Source of the DNA: Lama glama
Lineage: Eukaryota
Assembly (NCBI GenBank): GCA_028534125.1
Contig: CM052818.1
Location: 39,682,001 to 39,746,000 of the forward strand
Direction: 5' to 3'
DNA: 64,000 nucleotides
Shown: positions 54,340 through 64,000 of the stretch, piece by piece
Layout: the number at the start of each line of letters is the position of its first letter
Numbering within the stretch: position 1 is the stretch's first letter
Translations under genes and position numbers: made by a program
Notes under the pieces: model-generated
The model's database searches: none
Seen by the model: the letters and a program-made list of their open reading frames with translations, nothing else
What the model was told of the DNA's origin: nothing

Positions 54340-54600
54340 CATCCCTGAGTCTGATGTCACCTTGTCCTGGAAGACTCTCCTTGAACTTCCAAGACCAAGC
54401 AAGGTGCTCACTCTGTGTCCTCCAATAGCACCCTGTGTTCCCCTTTTCTGTAGTACCTACCACCCTGCATTTCCATTCCTGTCCACTAGTCTGTCTACCC
54501 CAGTAGATTAGAAACTCTAGTAAGGACAAGAATGGTGCCTTTTCCACCACTGCATCTCCAGTGCCTTCCATGGTATATGTGATGCTTGTTAACTGTACTG
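54340..54600 (+). mobile_element. L2 3' end
   Basis: gtctgtctaccccagtagattagaaactctagtaaggacaagaatggtgcc. Confidence 0.75.
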
Positions 54601-54977
54601 GACTCAGTAATTGCTCTGGTTGTTCCAAGGATTTGGCCACCAGATGGATGATCCATCCTTTGGTATCAGGCCCCCTTGATGGATGCTTTGTCAGCAACAA
54701 GTCATTCAGTTCAAACTTGACCTCCATCTCTGGAATTTATTTTTTCTCAAGTCTGTTTGATCTTTTGCAACTAGTCTCTGCCTCCTGCTGCCACCTCCCT
54801 CCTAAAGGCAGCCAGGGTCTATGAAATGAAAAGGGTCTACATCCCTTCCTTTCTAATCACCACCCTTTGCTCTTGTCCATGCTGTAGTCTTCACACATGG
54901 TGGTTTCACGTACCATTAGATTCTCCCCATAGAACTGGCAACGCAGCATGACAGGGATTATTTTGCCCCCTCCCACA

Positions 54978-55112
54978 GAAGAGTAAGAAGCAGGAGGAGG
55001 AGGAAGAGAAGAAAGGGGAGAAGGAGAAGGATGAGGAATAGAAAATAAAGGCACAGGAGAAAGAAGAGAGGAGGGGGGAGGAGGTAGAAAGGAGGAGGAG
55101 GAGGGAGGGGAG
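54978..55112. repeat. GA-rich low-complexity tract within a MIR
   Basis: Near-pure purine run; MIR motifs on both sides. Confidence 0.8.
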
Positions 55113-56039
55113 AAAAACTCAGGGATGTGAAGTGACTTAGCCAACATCACAAAGGCACCTGGAACCAGTGTGTGAGCTTCATAAACCCCCAGTCCAGGAC
55201 TGTTTGCACCAAACTCTCTTTTTAAGACGATGCCACAAAGCACTATATTGGGAGCCATTCATTCATCTTCGGAGTTTTAAGAGAGTCCTCTGAGCCAAAA
55301 TGATTGATGAAGCTTATAGAGGAGGTGGGATTTAAGTTGAGCCTTAAAGTTGGGAGAGGATTTGCAAAGGACACATTCCTGGGGCAGCAGGGACAGCAGA
55401 CACTCAGGGAACGTCAGAACACCCGCTGGACACCCTTGTCGTCTGCACCCAAGGCTCGCAGTTGTGTCAGCATAGCAAACTAGCCAGTGTGCAGAGTGCA
55501 CTTGCGAGTGACGGGTTGTCCCAGCTGTGTGTGACTGGTCTTTGCATGGAAACAGCGAGCCAGTAGTGCAGGGCATTCTGGACAGTACGTGGGGCTATGG
55601 CGAGCAGTGAATGTGCAGCTTGCTCTTGCCCTTGACCCTTGCTTTCCTCTACATGTCAGTCCACAGCTGTCACCTGCCTGCATATCTTAAAGGAAGATGG
55701 AGAAACCCAATGTGCAAGGACAGTTGAGGCCCCCACAGGAGAATAGAATTGCCTTGAAGTACAAGGGCTCATGAACATTTTACATCCCCTGTGGAAATCC
55801 CCCTAAACTCTCTGCCTCGCTGGTTTCCTGGTACAAGATCTAATAAATCTGTACACTCAGCTTAAACTTAGTGCCAGGCCTCATAATGGAATGATTACAT
55901 GTGTTTTGTGTGTCAGAGACCTGACAGAAAGATTATACAGCACAGTGAAGCAGTCGTTGGGGTTTTGGCAGGGGAAGAAGGAGATAAACATGTGTCCAGG
56001 AGAGAAAAATGGCAGCTTGTGGATTTGCCGCCTCACTGT

Positions 56040-56400
56040 CATTCAATCATTCAGCAAAAACGTATTAAGTTTAGGTCAACAGACATTTATCAAGTCCCTC
56101 CTATGTGACAGGCATTATGTTACGTCCTGTGAGCACGGGGCGCGTAAGACACATCATCTATCCTGGGAGCTTATGGAGAAGTCCGTCGGAGGAGACAGGC
56201 ATGCAAGAGGTGGTTTCTGTACAACAGGGTCAGTGCGGGGATAGAAGCTGTGACAGGGCACAGTGGGAGGAGAGAGGAAGTGGACTTAGCTCAGCCTGGA
56301 GCATCAGCGGAGGCTTCTGCAGGAGGAGTCTGGGCAGATGAGTCAGGTGAAGTGGGGAAGAGCTCCAAGCAGAGGAAAAGTAGGAACAAAAGTATAAAAA
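56040..56400 (-). mobile_element. L2 3' end
   Basis: cattcaatcattcagcaaa...acatttatcaagtccctcctatgtgacaggcatt. Confidence 0.7.
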
Positions 56401-57379
56401 ATGCAGAATATCCGGATACGTGTGTGAGTTTGGAAAGAGAGAGGAATGGATACAAAGGGACTAAACAGAAGACATTTGATGTTACTAGAGAGAAAAAAAA
56501 AAGATGGATAAGTGCTGTGAGGGATTCAGAGAGAGAGTATATAGGCAGTTCTATCAAGGAACTTGCCAACCAGTCAAATCGACAAGTTAACGATGCATTT
56601 CAAGTTATAGCTATATAAGATCCCATTATAAGAGGTACCAAGCCCAGTAAGAAATGGTAGAGTGCAAAAAAGAAAAAAAAAGTGAGTTAGAGAATGACAT
56701 GGGATGGGTTTGTAAGAGAGCAAAGACGCTCGCTGGGGGAAGGAGTTCAAGGAGGTGGTGACATTTGAGCAGAAGGGAGGCTAATCTATGAGTTAAGTTG
56801 AAAAGATGGAACCTGTCATTCCAAGCGAAGAGAACACCTTAATCAAAGGCTCGGAAGTAAGAGCCTTTAAGTAGATTCCAGTCATTTTGGGATTGCATAG
56901 GAAGGGATACCGTGGTCTGAAAAAAAAATGTCGAAATAAAAGTCTTTGTATCTGAAGCATTTTAAGTGGAACAGGTCACTTCCCTAGATTGGGCTGGAAA
57001 GGGAGCATGAAAACAGCCACTTGTGGGCTAATTTGTAAATCGCAAGAAAGAGATGGCGTGGGCTTTTGTAGCTCCAGTATCTGCAGAAGCTGTCCGTCTT
57101 TAAACGATCGATGGGAATGACCTGTTCCAAAGTAGAGAACACAAGGAAGGCTCTGGATCAGAGAGAAATGATAGAAATCTACAGTAAGAAGCCTAATACA
57201 TGCACGTGGTACTTCAAGTCCTTCCCCTGTGTCCTGTTAATGGGGGGCCGCTGTACCTTAAAGTGACCTACCTCCCAGGTTGTCATGGAAACCAAGACAA
57301 TGTTGTTTGGGGCGGATGCTAAACAAGACAAGATGCCAGGAACACGTGTGAATCAGGTAGTCTAGGCACACTGACAGGA

Positions 57380-57975
57380 GTCCCTGGATTGGTCAGTCCA
57401 GGTGGGAAAACAGATACCATGTGAGGCATTTCAACAGAGAGAGTTTAACTGAGAACGTGGGTTAAACCAGCAGGTGAGTCTAAGAAAGCACAGTGGGAGC
57501 AGCTCAGTAACACAGAGGTAATCCGGGTAGGGAAACAGGAAAAGAGGCAAAGAACCTAGAAGCGGAGGATAGACTGCAGAGCTGGGGCTCAGCCGCCTGG
57601 GGAGGGAGCACTTCCCTTCTGCTTCTGAAAGGCTCAGGGGCTCATGAGGGGAAGTCCGTGAAGCAGGGGCTCAGATCTCTGAGGGTGGGTGCTGCTGGCT
57701 GGCGATGCACCTTCCTGGGACGTGATGAGGCCGGTGCTAGGAGAGCTGGAAGAAGCTGGAAACTGGAACCACTCTGTGATGCTGAGGAGAGGGCAGCACT
57801 AGGGCAACACTGACGAGCAGCCAGCAGACAGCCTTCCAGTTTCCTCCTGATGCCACCTACTTGCGAAGTCTAACAGCCGGGAGAGGAAAAATGCAGTTCG
57901 CAGCGTCCCAGCCCCAGCATCACAAGGCAGAGTGTAGAAACGTGGGTTGGAACCGAGCACCACTGGTGTCATAAC
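57380..57975 (-). mobile_element. Ancient LTR (LTR78-like)
   Basis: gtccaggtgggaaaacagatacc...caacagagagagtttaa; cccagccccagcatcacaaggcagagtgtagaa. Confidence 0.5.
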
Positions 57976-58089
57976 TGCCACGGTCGCTCCGCCTGTACTG
58001 ACTTCAAGGTGGGGGTTCTCTTAAAAGACCACTCAGGTCAAGAAGTGATGAAGCCACAGTCTGGTCCCAGCAGAAGAGGGAGACAACAT

Positions 58090-58290
58090 TTACTAGTTCC
58101 TCCCTTTGAGCTTTACAAATGTTGGTTCATTAATCACAGTCATCTCATAGAACAGATGGGTGTTCATCCCATTTTACAGATGAAGTTCTAAGCAGTTAAG
58201 CAGCTTACCCAAGAACCAATAGCTAGTAAGACGCCAGGTCGGGACTAGAAACCAGTTCTGTGTGGTCCCAAACCCAGCTCTTTCCACCAC
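58090..58290 (-). mobile_element. MIR
   Basis: catcccattttacagatgaag...gttaagcagcttacccaag. Confidence 0.75.
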
Positions 58291-59639
58291 TTCTTGGTCT
58301 TTCTGTGGTGGGAGCTGCTTCTTCACGGGGCTGAGACCCATGATCCTGGATGGAGGGGCAGTGGCTGGACCACTCCTGGAGACCCTGGGCCAAATGACCT
58401 TTGCCGCAACTGACCTCTTGAAAGCTCAGGCCCAGAAGGTAATCCATTCTTTGTGTTCACATCTCGCCAGAGTCTGGCGATACCAACGTGATTTACTCCT
58501 GCCCAGCGCTGGCCTCACTCCCATCTGAAGGAGCCAGAACTTTGAATGAGCTCGCCACTTCTTGGGGGGAAGCTTCTGCTGCAGCCACCCTTAGCTCCCT
58601 CATGTGACGTCCAGAGAGCGTTTGTGTCTGCGTGCCTGTCCATGTAGGTGTGTGTCATATAAATTCAGCTGCACCCAACAGGATGACATTCTTGGATAAT
58701 AGGCTAGCCAGAGAGCCAAAAATTGCAAAGGCAAGAGTGACTTTTTGGCTGAATCAAGTCTCCAGTCTCAGCTGAAGATGGAAGCAAATTGTGCCTGGAT
58801 TTCTGGAAACGCTGATGCTGAGATGGGACCTTACTGAGGAATTCACCAAGGCCCACGGGAACTGAGAAGATAAGTGCTACCAGGCGGCTGCAACTTGAGC
58901 GATGTTCAAAAACAATAGAATGTCAACTCGAGATCATAGAAGGCTACTGCGAGGCTGACAGAGAGCAAGGGAACCGACTAGGTCCCCAGACAAATGAGGA
59001 CGTGGCTAATGGGTGATGGCACTACAAACGCGGCTTTGAAAGGCAGCCGGAAGGGAAGGAGGCAGAGTCAGCTCTCCTACCCAGGGTTTCCAGCTCATCA
59101 AAGAGGGAGGAGGGAAATGCAGCCGCGGCCTGGCATCCTGCCGGCCCAAATGCCCCGGTTCCAGCCTTCCCCGTGGTTTCCCGAGCCACTCGGGAGGGCC
59201 AGGTAAGGGTTCCTCCTGTCATGCCAGTGTTTTTGCAGAGAGGGCTTTGGGGTCTTTTGGAAAGTGACTTAGCTGGAGCCACTCGCCTGCCAGCGTGGCA
59301 GCTGTTACCACTTAGACTGGGAACATCTGGCCTGAAGACTGCAGTAAAAGTGACACTTGTCTGCAGAGAAAAAATGTTGAAGTATACATTTTGGACATGA
59401 AGAAATAAGTAATGACATTTAATGTTTTCATAAAGCTGCTACATCACGAGCAGCAATCATCCGAACCCCTGGCCCCAGCCGCCATCGGGGCACCTGTGCA
59501 CCGCGGCCTGCCTGCGGGGTTTGTGGAGGGCCCCATACCCAGAACATCATTACCTAATACAGGCTTGGTCCTCTGAAGACACAGGACAAAGGGAGGCCCT
59601 CGTAAGACCCCCTCCTTTAAAAGCCTAACTCACAGAAAC

Positions 59640-59815
59640 GGGGAGCAGTGAGCAGAGTATGAGGAGTCCCCAGCAGACGTCAGGAATTCCAGCTCCGAGC
59701 TGCTGTTGTGTCTCCAGGTAAATCGTATTTGGAGGTTCAGGTTTCTCATCTGTGAAACGGAGGTGTCAAAGATGATATGTTTAAGTTTCCTCCAAGAGTT
59801 TATACTCTGTGCTTT
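59640..59815 (+). mobile_element. MIR (MIR3-like)
   Basis: gtttctcatctgtgaaacggagg core. Confidence 0.65.
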
Positions 59816-60899
59816 TTGGAATAGAGGCAATTCTACCATTTCTATGCCAATCTTGTAGGTTAAACATGATTCTTTCCAGACTCTGCTCTTAAAATGGGCA
59901 GTTCCCTTGATGTGGTGATTCTTGCAGCCCCTCCAGCCTCAGAATAAGGGAGAGAGGCAAACAGGGCCAGCCTGAAAGAAGAAGACAAGACACGATGAGC
60001 GGGAGCCCATGCCGCCCACAGGGGCAACAGCTGATGCTCCAACCTGGGCCACCGTGCCTCAACTGAAGCGTCCTCTGCATTTGATTTCAAAGCTGGGACT
60101 TGAAGAGAAGATGAAGCACACTTGCTGAAACTGTGTTCTTTCTGTTGGCAGAGTGTTGATGAAGATGGTATAACTACACTGAGTTTGGCAGAGATTGGGA
60201 TAATCAGATAAGAGTGCGTATTTAAGAACTTTGTGGTTTGTGAGTGGCCAGCCCTTTGCAAAATTTTAACATGCAATTGCTAATTATAGATGCCTTTTGA
60301 ATCTAAAAATGTCACCTGGGCCCAAATGATGCATGAACCATGCATCGTTAGTGTGCAAATATCCTGATTAATATGTACATTACTGTGTAAGTTCATGCCT
60401 CCCTGGAGATCTTAGGAGCCCCTTCTTACTTTCTCTTTGACTGGGAGGAGGAAGGTGGAGGCAGGTACCATTGCTCCCCTGTATGCTACCAGGCTCCACT
60501 CCTTTCCTTATCCCCCATCTCCTAAAGCAAGCTCTGAAGCCCACCCCTTCTTATGGAGAGGCTGAGCCCTGCTCATCCTTCTCAGTGGCTTCTCTCCTTG
60601 GTCAGTCTAACCTCCAGAGGAGTATGACCCCGTGGAAAGGCCAGAGCCAGGTTGCTGGCCAGACCATACTGCTCACTCTTGGCCCACGGTAGGGTTTGTG
60701 GGTCCCTAAGGCACCTACAGTTTGGTGTCGTGGTTTTTCTAAGCTTGAGTCTATGGGCTTTTGATTTGATTTTGTACATCCAGCAGCTTTTCTAGTCTGT
60801 TCTAGAAGATGAGATTAAATCCTGCTTTTAGGACTAAGACCCTGAGCAGGGCTGGGGCTTGGGACTTGGGGTCAGAACAGTGTGCCATGCAGGCATTCA

Positions 60900-61638
60900 C
60901 GTGCATCCATCTGGGGGCGAGGGTCTTGCTCAAATGCAGCTTCGCCATCAGCAGGTCTGGGGAAGGGCCCAAGCACCTGCATTTCTTTTTNNNNNNNNNN
61001 NNNNNNNNNNNNNNNNNNNNNNNNNNNNNNNNNNNNNNNNNNNNNNNNNNNNNNNNNNNNNNNNNNNNNNNNNNNNNNNNNNNNNNNNNNNNNNNNNNNN
61101 NNNNNNNNNNNNNNNNNNNNNNNNNNNNNNNNNNNNNNNNNNNNNNNNNNNNNNNNNNNNNNNNNNNNNNNNNNNNNNNNNNNNNNNNNNNNNNNNNNNN
61201 NNNNNNNNNNNNNNNNNNNNNNNNNNNNNNNNNNNNNNNNNNNNNNNNNNNNNNNNNNNNNNNNNNNNNNNNNNNNNNNNNNNNNNNNNNNNNNNNNNNN
61301 NNNNNNNNNNNNNNNNNNNNNNNNNNNNNNNNNNNNNNNNNNNNNNNNNNNNNNNNNNNNNNNNNNNNNNNNNNNNNNNNNNNNNNNNNNNNNNNNNNNN
61401 NNNNNNNNNNNNNNNNNNNNNNNNNNNNNNNNNNNNNNNNNNNNNNNNNNNNNNNNNNNNNNNNNNNNNNNNNNNNNNNNNNNNNNNNNNTTGTTCTAGT
61501 TCTGTGAAATATGTCCTGTGTAATTTCATAGGGATTACATTTAATCTGTAGATTGCCTTGGGTAGTGAAACACCTGTATTTCTAACAGGTTCCCCAGGTG
61601 ATGCCGATGCCATCAGCAGACCACACTTCAGAACTGCC
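60900..61638. mobile_element. MER5A split by an antisense L1 insert (60986-61567, mostly gap) with 15-bp TSD
   Basis: aagcacctgcatttc 60971-60985 / aaacacctgtatttc 61568-61582; ORF2 peptide LPKAIYRLNVIPMKL. Confidence 0.85.
60991..61490. other. Assembly gap (500 N)
   Basis: N run. Confidence 1.
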
Positions 61639-61644
61639 GAGCAG

Positions 61645-61850
61645 GGTGCCTTCCTTTTGAACTTGGGCTTTGGAATCAAATGCACCTGGGTTTGAGTCCT
61701 GGTTCCAGACTTACCTAGCTACGTGGTGTAGGGACAGGCGATGTGATATTTCTAAGCCAAGTCTGCTCAGACAAGAAAAGGAATAATCACGATACCGACC
61801 TCTTGGGTTTGCTGTGAGGAGTCAGGCCGAATATGCAGGCAGGCGGAGCC
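61645..61850 (+). mobile_element. MIR
   Basis: gggctttggaatcaaatgcacctgggtttgagtcctggttcc. Confidence 0.75.
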
Positions 61851-63114
61851 CACCAGCTCAGGAGAGGGGAGGACCCTGGGGAGAACTGTGTCTGCCTCTG
61901 CCCTCTGAGGCTTCAGCCCACTTCCAGGACGGGAGGCCCAGGACCTCGCGTCTCTGTTAATAAAACAGAAGCACCCAGAATGATGCCTCTTTCTGGAGAC
62001 ACCACACAACAGAGCTCCTGAAATCACTCCAGTTGTGTCAGCAATGGAAATCGTGGGTCCTTCCCATCAAACCAGGGTATGCACTGGACTTGAGGAAAGC
62101 CGTATGAACACTTTCTAAGAGGTTTGTACGTTACCGCATCTCTACGCCATAGGTGATTAAAATTGATAGTACTTGTCTAGGACACTTCGCATAGCTTTTA
62201 AAATTAATAAGACATGTAAAGTGGCATGTTCATTAATAGGCATGTAAATAGACCAAAAAATCCCTTCTTTTTAACCAAAATAAAATTGGAAAGTACTGTC
62301 AAAATGAAAGAAAAACATAAAAATGGAACCCTATTGGTTAGCAGCTTAAGTCATGACCCAAGTAACACAGGGTGTTTCGGGCCAGCTGTTCAGACTGCTT
62401 CTGTGTGGAGAATTCCCACCATCAAACCTACTACAAAATCTGGAACGTGCAGAGCGCACGGGCAAACAGAAACTCAGCACTTAGCCTATTTAGCTCCTTC
62501 TCCTTCCAGCAACACTCAGAACAAACTATGGACTGAAAACAAGGACGACCAGGTGATGTCAGAGGTGTCCCCCCCCCCTTTACCCCAAGTGCGATCAGGC
62601 CTCCAGCACAGAGGCTAATTCCCACGTGCCTGAAGCTGCACATCCCTGTGGCCTCTGCTTGACCTAACTTCCGAGGTTATCTTTGCTGGCTGGTTCTCTC
62701 CTGGGCCTCCCTCTGTTGTCTCAGTGGAGAAAAGTGACTTTTTTCCCCTCTGTGGGCTGAGATGGGTATTTTTCTCAAGACCCAGGATGGCTCACTCACT
62801 TGGATAAATGCTGCATGTTGGTAGCATGGGAGCCTCGTATGTGATGTGAGTGGCGGGAAACCCAAGCATCGCCCCCAAATCCCTCATCATCCCAGGGCAC
62901 CAAGTGGATCCTAAAGTTGTGGCATTGAGAGGGCTTGATGATGATCAAGTCCAGTCCTCTTCCTTTACAGGTAAGGAAAACGAGGTTTACAACATGAAAA
63001 ACTTAACAAGTGTGAACTGCTTTCATGAAGAGCCTTTTCTTTGACGCTGGATAACTTTTTAGTCCTTGAAATCCTGAGCAAAACCAGGATGCCATGGGGC
63101 AGACTCCTACTTTA

Positions 63115-63770
63115 CCAGTGATGCTCACTGTACGTGCACTCAAAAGACCAGTGGTATCCCAGTCAGCTGTGGAGCTTTTCAAACGTGCAGGCTCTCACGG
63201 CCCACAGCAGACCTCCTAAATCAGAAATGCTGAGGGTGGGGCCTGGGAATCTGCACTGTGAAAACTCAGCGTGACTCCAAGGCACGGAAATTTTTCCTAA
63301 TTTTATTTTTTATTGAAGTGTCGTTGATTTACAACATTAGTTTCAGGTGTATAGCAAAACAATTCAGTTACACATATATGTGTATATATATATGTATAAC
63401 ATATACATTTATATACAGACACACACGCATATTTTCAGATTGTTTTCCATTGTAGCTTATTATAAGAAATTTTTAAAAAAAGAAATTGAATATAGTTTCC
63501 TGTGCTAGAGAGTAGGTCCTTGTTGTTTATCTATTTTATATATAGTAGTGTGTATCTGTCAATCCCAAACTCCTAATTTATCCCTCTTCCTCATTCCCCT
63601 TTGGTAACCACAGTTTATTTTCTCTGTCCATAAGTCTTATTTCTGGTTTGTAAATAAAATTTGTATCTCTTTTTAGAGTCCACATATAAGTGATACCATA
63701 TGATATTTGTCTTTCTCTGTCTGACTTACTTCACTTAATATGATGTGGTATAGAATTTTGAAAAGCACTT
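63115..63770. mobile_element. MER5-type MITE split by an antisense artiodactyl L1 3' end (~63290-63743)
   Basis: cagacctcctaaatcagaaatgctgagggtggggcctgggaatctgc; L1 tccacatataagtgataccatatgatatttgtctttctctgtctgacttacttcac. Confidence 0.85.
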
Positions 63771-64000
63771 TCTTGAACCAATAACACGTTAACTGTTGGT
63801 TATCACTCCAGCAAGAATTAGCGAGCTGACTACCTCTTAAACTGAGCTGCAGGTGGCAGCAGGGGGAGGTTGCCAGTCCTCCCTTTCCTCAGTGGGTGGC
63901 CTTTGTACCCAGTAGACTGAGATTGAAACGCTCTGTGTCAGCATCCTGATGAGGGCACCACGCTTTCCATCAGTTGTTGCCTGTGCAGGAGCCTGAGCAT

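Noticed and set aside
59860..60276. 138-aa minus-strand ORF
   Set aside because: No true ATG start at the listed position, no recognisable homology; length is within chance expectation.
60809..61685. Long ORFs across the second gap
   Set aside because: Artefacts of the N run; flanks are MER5A and L1.
90..64000. Apparent window-wide array of endogenous bornavirus-like nucleoprotein (EBLN) fragments, e.g. GAEQI near 9214, RHPD near 9481, IFSH near 21793, VFQCLLFDGL near 37688, RDLTE near 55915, LESTVKMKEKH near 62286
   Set aside because: Hand BLOSUM62 scores against the recalled Borna disease virus N sequence were only about 22-37, a level expected many times by chance over six frames of 64 kb, and needed free frameshifts and gaps. 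ORFs inside known transposons (3594-3839, 57799-57981) gave equally convincing by-eye matches. A profile search with shuffled controls would settle it.
1..64000. tRNA, rRNA, CRISPR arrays or prokaryotic/operon-like inserts
   Set aside because: None seen; composition and repeat content are uniformly mammalian.

Overview
Eutherian mammal genomic DNA, probably a camelid (alpaca/camel-type L1 3' ends; no Alu, BovA/BovB or PRE-1 SINEs seen), with two 500-N assembly gaps (44491-44990, 60991-61490). It looks intronic or intergenic. Roughly half is recognisable transposon debris (old L1M/L1MC, young L1 3' ends, L2, MIR, MLT1/MLT2/MER68-type LTRs, hAT MITEs), often nested. I could not identify any host protein-coding gene; the only ORFs I can assign are L1 ORF2 remnants. 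Most worth following up: a ~4.6 kb repeat-free tract (37.6-42.2 kb) with a dense homeodomain/POU motif cluster and small exon candidates; four short L1 inserts all 5'-truncated at nearly the same site; an internal L1 ORF2 piece with a target-site duplication (TSD) but no poly(A); and two abutting palindromes. I also pursued an apparent array of bornavirus-nucleoprotein-like fragments but rejected it because the matches are at chance level. No novel system is confidently supported. Repeat family names are from memory of consensus sequences and boundaries are approximate.
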